Positions 14,669 through 22,061 of a stretch of 32,000 nucleotides of DNA are shown in pieces. The stretch comes from Candidatus Iainarchaeum sp. Lineage in GTDB: Archaea > Iainarchaeota > Iainarchaeia > Iainarchaeales > JACQJH01. A program made the translations under genes and the position numbers. Below the pieces are notes generated by a model. The model was not told the DNA's origin. It saw nothing but the letters and a program-made list of their open reading frames with translations, and searched no databases. The stretch's first letter is position 1. The number at the start of each line of letters is the position of its first letter. The DNA lies in contig JACQJH010000002.1 in the NCBI GenBank assembly GCA_016205145.1, positions 390,001 through 422,000 of the forward strand. Reading direction: 5' to 3'.

Positions 14669-14962
14669 AATATTCCCGGATTTTTCCCGCTTTATTGACC
14701 TTGAAAACGCTTCCAAAGAATCCAGCCATTCCAACGAAACCGAATACTTCTTGTCAGAAACAAGCAAAACCCTGTCCTTGACCATGCCAGACAAAGCCTT
14801 ATGGACGGCCCGATACGAAACAGCCAAAGAATGCTCCCGCTTCAACTTGGCAAAAACCTCCTTAGCCGACAAAGCCGAACCAGCCCCCAAAACCCGCAAA
14901 ACTGCAAAACAGACGTCGGATTTGGAACCGATGAAAGAAAAAACCATGCGAGATTTATACAT
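14537..14962 (-). CDS. wHTH regulator, apparently a C-terminally truncated paralogue of the 21093-21938 gene
   Basis: SAKEVFAKLKREHSLAVSYRAVHKALSGMVKDRVLLVSDKKYSVSLEWL aligns by eye with TAKQIHARVSRNSGKSVSYQAVHKTVAQMLSEGVLAKNGKNYSISESYI of the 281-aa paralogue. Similarity continues to ...NLFL versus ...TIFL, then the ORF stops at 141 aa. It is divergent from the AT-rich operon. Confidence 0.55.
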   Translation of the reverse strand: MYKSRMVFSFIGSKSDVCFAVLRVLGAGSALSAKEVFAKLKREHSLAVSYRAVHKALSGMVKDRVLLVSDKKYSVSLEWLDSLEAFSRSIKREKSGNILSDLPAVLEFGSVAEVDHFLVDMSTKIAEVVPDGRNLFLRRCL

Positions 14963-15017
14963 TAAAAAGGTTTAAAAAATCAACAAAAAACACTAGACAC
15001 GCCTTAAAAACGATGTA

Positions 15018-15057
15018 GAAAATTATAAAAACTTGTTAACGCTTTAGTTGTAACAAG
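15018..15057 (+). promoter_or_regulatory. Putative TATA box plus inverted repeat upstream of the AT-rich operon
   Basis: aaaattataaaaa at 15018-15030 is followed by cttgtta (15032-15038) and taacaag (15051-15057), perfect 7-nt inverted arms separated by 12 nt. AAGGTG follows at 15055-15060, and the GTG start is at 15068. Confidence 0.35.
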
Positions 15058-15067
15058 GTGCTATTCT

Positions 15068-15508
15068 GTGAACGGGGAATTTTACGATATATTGCTAGTG
15101 GATTTTAGCGGCATTTTCCCGTTTAAACTGGAAAAAGAGGATGTCCTCACAAGGCAAGAACAACTTTCACAACATAATCTAGAGACATTTTTGTTAGAAT
15201 TAGAGAAGAATCTCGGGGAAGAACTTACATACATTGGCTCGGATCTATTAGAAACAAAAATGTTCCATAGGGCATTACTAAAAGATGGGCTACTAGAGCT
15301 ATTAATTGGCACGCCCATAACCCTACTAGCACACTACAAAGAAGAAAAAAAGGCCAAAAAATTCAAAGAATCGCTCGAAAGGACATTGGAAAAAACAATA
15401 CCCGAGCATTTGGCGCCGCTGATTCAAGATTCAATTGAAATTAAAAAAATAAAAAGAGTTCTAGGGCCACCCCCACAAGGTTTTAGAAAACTCGGGAAGG
15501 TTGAATAA
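15068..15508 (+). CDS. Hypothetical protein (first gene of the AT-rich operon)
   Basis: 146-aa ORF with a GTG start after AAGGTG. Composition is E/K/L-rich and helical-looking. The stop lies 2 nt before the next ATG. No family recognised. Confidence 0.55.
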   Translation: MNGEFYDILLVDFSGIFPFKLEKEDVLTRQEQLSQHNLETFLLELEKNLGEELTYIGSDLLETKMFHRALLKDGLLELLIGTPITLLAHYKEEKKAKKFKESLERTLEKTIPEHLAPLIQDSIEIKKIKRVLGPPPQGFRKLGKVE

Positions 15509-15510
15509 TT

Positions 15511-16878
15511 ATGGTTGAAGGAATTATAACAAAATGGTCAAAATTGCAAAAATTAAAAGAAAAAGGTAAAACGAGTAGAATTACTGTTGGCATCGGTTTA
15601 TCAGAAACAAAAAATAGCGTAACAGCCACAAAAGAAGCGGCTCAAAAAGCATTAAAACAATTAAATGGCAAAAAACCAACCATTTCCTATGTTTATTATT
15701 CAGGCGAGTATGACCCGAATGAGATTAACAAAGGTTTAATTGAGGAATTAGGCGGAACCGATTATGTCGGGGGTTCCACAGACAGAGTATTATATAACGA
15801 TAGAATAATAGACAACGGGATTCTAATAGTTTCGTTACAATCCGATTTCTTGCATGTTAGCATTGCTTCAGCAGAGAATATCTCCAAAGACCCTTATGGC
15901 ATAGCAAAAAAAACGATAAAGGAAGCCGTTAGCAAACTTACCTTGGACCAATATATTGACCCATATTTACAGGTTTCAAGGATGAAACAAGGAAATGTCG
16001 AGTGGTTGCTAAAAATCCCATCATATTTTGTAATTGTTTATAGCAGAGGCCTCAAATTACCTGTAATGGGTGATGAAACAAAAATAGTTAACGCTGTTTT
16101 CAATGTGCTGGGTCCAAATGTCCCATTATTTGGCGGTAGCTATGGCGCGCCAATAGAAAAGTTGTTTGGCGGGCAGCCATACGAAATCAACATATTCCAC
16201 AATGGAAAAGTGCTGAAAGATGGCCTAGTTGTAATAATAAATGCAGGGAATATTCTCTATGGGCAAGCGCTCGAGCATGGCGCAGTCAGAACTGACAAAA
16301 TAGGATTTGTTTCCAAAACGAGCAATGAAGGCTATATAGTTAACGAAATATCCGGAAGAAACGTTATAGATTGGTATGCAGAAGAAATCGGCATTTCAAG
16401 AGAAGAATTTGAAAAAAGCAGTCAAACAATAACCCAGAGATGGCCGCTGGGCACCCCCGACGGATATGGAAACTACATTATCCGCGGTGCAGGGGTATAT
16501 AGTAAACAAAATGGGAAAGACAGCCTTGGCTATGTCGCACCACTAATCGAAGGGTGGCCCGTGTACATAATGGACGCCAAACAAGAAAACCTAATGAAAG
16601 CCTCAGACGCCATTTCCACAAAAATACAAGAGTTCACAAGCGAAACAACAAAACCAGCAGTTATTTTCGCAAATTTGTGCGCATCACGAAGAGCAATATT
16701 CAAGGAAAAATTAGTAGAAGAACAGAAAAAATTAATAAAAAAATTTGGCGGCGCGCCATTAGTGGGATTCTCATGTTATGGCGAAATAGGTTCAGCCCCA
16801 GGAAAACCAGCAGGATTCCAACACATGTCAGCGAACATATTTGTGATGTATGATAAACTCTTAAACGAACTGAAATAG
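15511..16878 (+). CDS. FIST-domain protein (FIST_N plus FIST_C-like), stand-alone
   Basis: 455 aa. N-terminal part: ITVGIGLSETKNSVTATKEAAQKALKQLNGKKPTISYVYYSG...GGTDYVGGSTD. C-terminal part: PAVIFANLCASRRAIFKEKLVEEQKKLIKKFGGAPLVGFSCYGEIGSAPG...HMSANIFVMY, matching the FIST_C pattern (C..R ... GF..yGEi ... hn.t). Confidence 0.7.
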   Translation: MVEGIITKWSKLQKLKEKGKTSRITVGIGLSETKNSVTATKEAAQKALKQLNGKKPTISYVYYSGEYDPNEINKGLIEELGGTDYVGGSTDRVLYNDRIIDNGILIVSLQSDFLHVSIASAENISKDPYGIAKKTIKEAVSKLTLDQYIDPYLQVSRMKQGNVEWLLKIPSYFVIVYSRGLKLPVMGDETKIVNAVFNVLGPNVPLFGGSYGAPIEKLFGGQPYEINIFHNGKVLKDGLVVIINAGNILYGQALEHGAVRTDKIGFVSKTSNEGYIVNEISGRNVIDWYAEEIGISREEFEKSSQTITQRWPLGTPDGYGNYIIRGAGVYSKQNGKDSLGYVAPLIEGWPVYIMDAKQENLMKASDAISTKIQEFTSETTKPAVIFANLCASRRAIFKEKLVEEQKKLIKKFGGAPLVGFSCYGEIGSAPGKPAGFQHMSANIFVMYDKLLNELK

Positions 16879-16886
16879 GACACCGT

Positions 16887-18086
16887 ATGAAAAATTTATT
16901 AACCATAGAAGAGGAATTTAAGACATTTATAGAGAATTGCAATTCTGGGGAATATAAGAATATTTTAGATGTCCCCCCTCACATTTGGGGGTTACATGGA
17001 TGGGAGCAAACCCCAAAAAAGAAAATTGAAGAGATACTATTGCCATTTATAAATCAAAACATAGAACGTGCAAAAAAGTTTATGCCAATCTACAAAAACG
17101 CTTATGCGGGCACAAACCCTAAAAAAATAGAAACAATTGAAGATTTTTGGCAAATTCCAGCATTAATAAAGGACAGCGGCAATTACGGCATAGGATTTAG
17201 GGAAAAAGTCAGAAAAAATCCGTATGTAATGCTGCCAACAGACATAAAAGAACCCACATATGTATTCCGTTCTGGAGGAACTAAAGGAGTTGCCACACCT
17301 ACAATGGTAACTAAATTCGATATCGAAGTTGAGAGTCATGGATTTGCTCGCGGCTATCGATATGAAGGAATGAAACCCGGAGATATCGCAATGAGCACAT
17401 ATAATCCAACACACAAGGGTGGAGAATGCATAAAAGAAAGTTTCATTAAAAACGGAATGACATATATACCACGAAGAACCACAGACCCGCCAAAAGAAGT
17501 AATAGACATAATCGAGGCATATAAAATTAATGTCCTCTTAACCGTGCAGGGGCCGGTCGAGAGAGGGGACAATGAGCAAAAAGGTGGTGCTGGCGGGCTA
17601 GATTTATTTAGCTTGATAGAAGCCAATAGCGACATAATTGAAAAAAATATAGACATTATTTTTTTGGGCGGGTATAGATTGATAGATGAAGCTATAACTT
17701 GGGCAGAAAATGCAAATAAGCCGTTAGTCACACTATTAGGATCATCTGAAGCAATACCTCAAGCAACAAGTACTGGACTTGGACCTAAAGACAGGCTTTG
17801 CAAATTTAATAACCTTCATGTTTTGCACGGGCCCCACTATATCGAAGTATTAAAAGAAGAGTCTGGAACATTAGTGCCAGTAAAAAAGGGAGAAACCGGT
17901 CTTTTGGCTTATACTACTGTGGCAAGACAAGGAACGTTGTATATACGATATTTTCCTGGCGATGCGGCCACATTATTAGCCAAAGAGAAGGAATGCAATT
18001 GTGGCATAAAAAGCGAAATAATTACGGATGTAAATAGAATAGATCACCCGGAAGATGTAGTAAGCACGGGTTGTTGCATCGGGTGA
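16887..18086 (+). CDS. Adenylate-forming enzyme of the PaaK / coenzyme F390 synthetase / LuxE-like clade
   Basis: 399 aa. IETIEDFWQIPALIKD; degenerate P-loop VFRSGGTKGVATPTM (compare SSGTTGKPT); STYNPTHKGGECIKESFIKNGMTYIP; LLGSSEA; LHVLHGPHYIEVLKEESGTLVPVKKGETGLLAYTTVARQGTLYIRYFPGD...CNCG. The C-terminus is ...VVSTGCCIG. Confidence 0.75.
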   Translation: MKNLLTIEEEFKTFIENCNSGEYKNILDVPPHIWGLHGWEQTPKKKIEEILLPFINQNIERAKKFMPIYKNAYAGTNPKKIETIEDFWQIPALIKDSGNYGIGFREKVRKNPYVMLPTDIKEPTYVFRSGGTKGVATPTMVTKFDIEVESHGFARGYRYEGMKPGDIAMSTYNPTHKGGECIKESFIKNGMTYIPRRTTDPPKEVIDIIEAYKINVLLTVQGPVERGDNEQKGGAGGLDLFSLIEANSDIIEKNIDIIFLGGYRLIDEAITWAENANKPLVTLLGSSEAIPQATSTGLGPKDRLCKFNNLHVLHGPHYIEVLKEESGTLVPVKKGETGLLAYTTVARQGTLYIRYFPGDAATLLAKEKECNCGIKSEIITDVNRIDHPEDVVSTGCCIG

Positions 18087-18090
18087 CAAA

Positions 18091-19680
18091 ATGGAAAATA
18101 AATTTGATAATATTATAGGCGGAAAGCAACTCACGTTAAGTGGCAAATATTTTACTGCCGTAAGCCCATTTTATGAGGATTTCCAATACTCAATAGCCGA
18201 TTCTAATTTTGCAGATATTAGTGTTGCGATATCAAAAGCAAAACTTGCGGTAGAAGAATGTGAAAAGTTAAAGTTTGAAGATCGGCAGGAAATATTGACG
18301 AAAGCTGCAAAAACAATAAAATTTTCAGATAAAGAAAAAAAGTCTGTTGTAAAAATGACTGGCATGCCAATAAAATATATTTCTAAATACCTTGAAGAAA
18401 TACCACAACTTTTAGAAAACCTGCCAACCATTGGGGTAAATCGATATGGAGTAATAAACGGAATAATCGCAAGAGACCTATATGAAAAAGAAACGTTTCA
18501 CAAAATTGAATTTCGCCACCCAGTTAATGGATTTGTATATGCAATAACTCCATCAAATGACCCGAGAACAACGACGTTGGTTTCAACAATTTTAACTATT
18601 TTAGGCATCCCCGGCATCATAAAACCAAGTAAATTTGATTGCGTGCCTGCAACAAAGGTTATTACTGCAATTATCAATGCCGGTTATCCACAAAACGCTT
18701 TAAATGTAATTTATTTTGATTCAGAAAATAAATTATCAAACACGCATAATTTCAAGTTATGCGATGCTGCTAAGGTAATTTGGCCATTTGGGGACGATAA
18801 AACTGTAGATCAGTTGCTCAGATTGGAACATAGAAAAATGCTTAATCTACAAAAAATTATGACTAACGAGAATAATATAAATCAAAAATTAGTGAAAAAA
18901 GTTCTAGACATGTTGAATAAATCAACTGATGACGCCCAAGAATATATAGAAGACCAGACAATAGATCACTTCGCATCAAAAATAGTATTAAGACACGCCT
19001 CTGGGCGGTGTGCCGGAATTGTGGATAGCGACTTTGAACCTAAAAAGGCAGTAGATTTAATACTAGAGTCCTCAATGACATACCCTATTGGTTGCAATTC
19101 GATGAAAGCGCTTTTTGTAACAGAAAAAGCATTCCTGCCCATCATAGAATTATTAAAAAGCAAATTTGCAGAATTGGAAAATAAAACCGGCGACCCGTTG
19201 GATGAAAAAACTGAAATTGGTTTGATAAACAAAGGTACGATAGATTATATGTCAAAGAGAATTAATGAATTGACATTATCTGGGCTTACTCAAACTATCG
19301 CAGGTGGCAAAAAATTAAGTGACACCCAAGTGACTCCTCGTTTAGTAACAACTAAAGACATACATTCAGAATTATTAATCAACGAAATACCAGCATACAT
19401 TTTAGCAATAAAAAAATCCGAAACATTTGAGGATGCCGTCCGGGAAGCAAATATCGCGGCGAAAGAAAGTAACAAACTAGCCATTAGCATTTTCACTAAC
19501 AACCACGAGCACATGAAAGCAAAGCTTAAGGCACACCATCTGAAAATTAACCACCCTACAACAGACGTAGATGGGATAATTCACGAAGGGAATGATTATA
19601 TAATGCAATTAACGAAACCTCATGTAGTACACATCCAAAAAAGCGAGCTAAAGAAACACCCATATAGACCCGCGGTATAA
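18091..19680 (+). CDS. Highly divergent aldehyde-dehydrogenase-superfamily protein (possibly LuxC/acyl-reductase-like)
   Basis: 529 aa. GFVYAITPSNDPRTT (Asn of WNFP), GIIKPSKFD (KPSE Lys), PQNALNVIYF, VLRHASGRCAGIVDSD (aligns with LELGGK..IV.DAD), YPIGCNSMKALFV (catalytic Cys region), and NEIPAYILAIKKSETFEDAVREAN...LAISIFTNN (EEIFGPV...AN...GL.A.VFT.D). There is an N/K/Q-rich insertion around aa 250-290. Confidence 0.7.
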   Translation: MENKFDNIIGGKQLTLSGKYFTAVSPFYEDFQYSIADSNFADISVAISKAKLAVEECEKLKFEDRQEILTKAAKTIKFSDKEKKSVVKMTGMPIKYISKYLEEIPQLLENLPTIGVNRYGVINGIIARDLYEKETFHKIEFRHPVNGFVYAITPSNDPRTTTLVSTILTILGIPGIIKPSKFDCVPATKVITAIINAGYPQNALNVIYFDSENKLSNTHNFKLCDAAKVIWPFGDDKTVDQLLRLEHRKMLNLQKIMTNENNINQKLVKKVLDMLNKSTDDAQEYIEDQTIDHFASKIVLRHASGRCAGIVDSDFEPKKAVDLILESSMTYPIGCNSMKALFVTEKAFLPIIELLKSKFAELENKTGDPLDEKTEIGLINKGTIDYMSKRINELTLSGLTQTIAGGKKLSDTQVTPRLVTTKDIHSELLINEIPAYILAIKKSETFEDAVREANIAAKESNKLAISIFTNNHEHMKAKLKAHHLKINHPTTDVDGIIHEGNDYIMQLTKPHVVHIQKSELKKHPYRPAV

Positions 19681-19681
19681 T

Positions 19682-20155
19682 ATGCACAAGAAAGCAGAAG
19701 AATTGTTATTTGCAGATCTCCTAAGTTTCGGAGAAGATGGCAAGATAAATCTATTCAACACTGCCGCATTTTTGTTGCCAAGCGATTTTGTTTTAAAATT
19801 AGAGGAAAAACTATCAACAGATGAAATTTACAGCCTATCTAAAAAAATCCCCGAACCGATAATTAAAATATTGATAGAAAGACAGATGAAAGATTTAGAA
19901 CGGCTCGATTTTATGTTGGAACTGGCAGAAGTACTTGGGATGGGGCAAATACAAATACCAGATTTTGATCAGAAAAAAAGCAAACACGAAGTAGTAATAA
20001 AAAATTCCACTACCAATAACGTATCCTGCCACCGCACAAGAGGATATTTGGCAACTATTTTTTCTGACTCACTCAAGAAAAAATTCGAATGCCAAGAAAT
20101 CAAATGTGCTTCAAAAGGGAACGAATACTGCCAATTTGTTTTGACTAGCGAGTAA
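19682..20155 (+). CDS. V4R-domain protein (stand-alone, predicted small-molecule binding)
   Basis: 157 aa. The C-terminal signature VSCHRTRGYLATIFSDSLKKKFECQEIKCASKGNEYCQFVLTSE matches the V4R Cys pattern (C..rG...g....... ec.E..C...G...C.F.l). The ATG lies 1 nt after the upstream stop. Confidence 0.75.
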   Translation: MHKKAEELLFADLLSFGEDGKINLFNTAAFLLPSDFVLKLEEKLSTDEIYSLSKKIPEPIIKILIERQMKDLERLDFMLELAEVLGMGQIQIPDFDQKKSKHEVVIKNSTTNNVSCHRTRGYLATIFSDSLKKKFECQEIKCASKGNEYCQFVLTSE

Positions 20156-20957
20156 TTCCAGAGATTTTTTCCCCGCTGAAAACATTCTCATCTTTAACTT
20201 CCAAACCAGTCGGCGTTAATTCCATCAATAGGCTATCTAAATTGTGGTTTGTTTGCCTCATTTTTCTGATCTTAAGGCTTCTTACGCTTTTTCTTGCTAT
20301 CTCTTGAATATTAACAATAATCACGCCATCAGTAATAAATTCGCTTATCCCATCCGCAGATAATCTGCCTCCTTCTTCCGGCAATTCGGATGTCAGCAAG
20401 GCTGTTTTCCCGTATTTTTTGAGTTCCTGAATTAAACGGAAGAGAATGCTTTTCGCTATGACTTGTTCCGTGCGCGGTATGGGTGAAACACTTTCAGCCA
20501 CCTGCACCAATGAGAATGCCGAGTCTTCCGTCAGGCCGGAAATCAGCAAAGCATCAGTCAGGGTTGTCATGGAGTCCACGACAATGCGTTTTGGCTGGAA
20601 TTCTGCGACCATTTCGTCGACTTTTTTGATGAAATTGTCTCCGCCGGTTATGTCAAAGTATTTGATTTTGAACAAATGCCTTGTTTCCAGTTCATCCAAG
20701 TCCCAGCCGAAGCCTTCGGCCTGCCGGTGCAATTCTTCAACTGTCTGTTCAGTGGAAATGTACAATCCTTTTTCTCCGAAAAGCTTGGCGCCGTTAATCA
20801 AAAACTGGAGGCAAAGCGTTGATTTTCCCGTTCCCGCGCCGCCTGAAATAAGCACGAGGTTGCCGGCCGGGATGCCGCCGTGCAATGCCTTGTCCAAACC
20901 CTGAATGCCGGTTTTGACCTTGTTCTCCAAATTACTAGCCTTAGCCTTGCTCTCCAC
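20145..20957 (-). CDS. KaiC/RecA-superfamily single-domain ATPase
   Basis: GIQGLDKALHGGIPAGNLVLISGGAGTGKSTLCLQF (Walker A) and PKRIVVDSMTTL (Walker B). GTG start at 20957. The 3' end overlaps the V4R gene by 11 nt in convergent orientation. Confidence 0.85.
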   Translation of the reverse strand: MESKAKASNLENKVKTGIQGLDKALHGGIPAGNLVLISGGAGTGKSTLCLQFLINGAKLFGEKGLYISTEQTVEELHRQAEGFGWDLDELETRHLFKIKYFDITGGDNFIKKVDEMVAEFQPKRIVVDSMTTLTDALLISGLTEDSAFSLVQVAESVSPIPRTEQVIAKSILFRLIQELKKYGKTALLTSELPEEGGRLSADGISEFITDGVIIVNIQEIARKSVRSLKIRKMRQTNHNLDSLLMELTPTGLEVKDENVFSGEKISGITR

Positions 20958-21092
20958 GAAAAAACACCACCGAACAAAAACAACTATAACTGATTAACTA
21001 AACGGCAAAGGTCGTATTTAAGCTTTTTTGGATTTGGCAAGGCGGCTGGCAGGCAAAAAAAGCGCTAATCGGCCGAAAAAAAGGCCAACGGT

Positions 21093-21938
21093 TCAAACTT
21101 TCCTGAAAAACTTCGCCTGCTTGCCGAGGTAGGCTTCCCTTATCTGGTCCGCCAAAGCCGGATCTTTTGCGACTATGGCAGTTATAGGCGCGGGATAGTC
21201 GCGCATTTTTGCCAAGTGTTCGCCAAGGTCAAAGCTTTCAAGGTCTTTTGGTATGCGGTTCTGTTCAAACCATGCCTGCCTAAAGGTCGGCTCGAACCAG
21301 ACGTGGCAGACGAAGTCGCCTGCAACAAAAACGTCCTGCAATGCGGAAGCCGGATTGCCGACGAAGTGCACTTCGTTTATACCGAGCTTTTTGAGCGCAT
21401 CCGCAAACATTTTGTCCAAAAAGTTTTTTTCGGCGCAGAAGCAATAGGTCGGGGTTTTTCGAAAATGTTCGGTCAGTTCCTTGTAGTCCTCGTCTTTTAT
21501 TCCCACAATCGAGTAAACCGGAGCGGTCAGGAAAATCGTGGGCTTGTTTTCCGGGTTCGGAACCTGCATCAGGCCGCCGATGAGAAAGCGGGCCAGTTCG
21601 AGTATGCCGTGGAAGTGGAAGACTGTCGCATCCTTTTTGAGCATTGCGGAAAAGTCCTGTTCCGGCTGGCCGGAATACTTTGATTCGAGGGCGTGCGCGG
21701 ACTGCTTGAGTTTTTTGATGTAGGATTCGCTTATCGAATAGTTTTTCCCGTTTTTTGCGAGCACTCCTTCGGAAAGCATTTGCGCAACGGTTTTGTGCAC
21801 TGCCTGGTAGGAAACGCTTTTGCCTGAATTGCGCGAAACGCGCGCATGGATTTGTTTTGCGGTCAGCGGCCATTCCTCGCCCAGAACGCCAAGAATTAGG
21901 TCTTTTGTCGAGTTTTTCGCGGAAAAAGCCTTATCCAA
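21093..21938 (-). CDS. wHTH regulator with an uncharacterised approximately 190-aa C-terminal domain
   Basis: 281 aa with a TTG start. N-terminal wHTH LILGVLGEEWPLTAKQIHARVSRNSGKSVSYQAVHKTVAQMLSEGVLAKNGKNYSIS. The C-terminal domain is unrecognised. Full-length paralogue of the 14537-14962 gene. Confidence 0.65.
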   Translation of the reverse strand: MDKAFSAKNSTKDLILGVLGEEWPLTAKQIHARVSRNSGKSVSYQAVHKTVAQMLSEGVLAKNGKNYSISESYIKKLKQSAHALESKYSGQPEQDFSAMLKKDATVFHFHGILELARFLIGGLMQVPNPENKPTIFLTAPVYSIVGIKDEDYKELTEHFRKTPTYCFCAEKNFLDKMFADALKKLGINEVHFVGNPASALQDVFVAGDFVCHVWFEPTFRQAWFEQNRIPKDLESFDLGEHLAKMRDYPAPITAIVAKDPALADQIREAYLGKQAKFFRKV

Positions 21939-22061
21939 GCAATAGCACCAAGACTTTATTGTGGCAAGGCGAATTTAAAGGTTTTTTCGGCCGGATGCCA
22001 GACGCTAAGGCGTTCTGCCAAAACCATAGCTTTATAACAGATTATTAACCTGTTATTAACC

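Larger units (their letters stand above)
14990..20450. other. AT-rich compositional island (putative horizontally acquired segment)
   Basis: Hand counts of single 60-nt lines give 23-38% G+C inside (lines starting 15511, 17401, 19021) against 58-68% in lines from core genes (9061, 5101, 25081). Codons inside are dominated by AAA/AAT/ATA/GAA. The left edge lies in the 14963-15067 spacer. The right edge is a gradient inside the KaiC-like gene. Boundaries are approximate. Confidence 0.7.

Noticed and set aside
15082-19514. Short alternative-frame ORFs inside the island (for example 15082-15318, 16554-16853, 17354-17731, 18966-19232)
   Set aside because: They are embedded in longer ORFs with recognisable domains. 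Their products are low-complexity K/R/S/F-rich, as expected from AT-rich DNA.
14963-20960. Interpreting the AT-rich block as a prophage, IS element or integrative element
   Set aside because: There is no integrase, transposase, capsid or terminase-like ORF, no flanking tRNA, and no terminal inverted or direct DNA repeats that I could see. Only the compositional anomaly and the neighbouring truncation scar support foreign origin.
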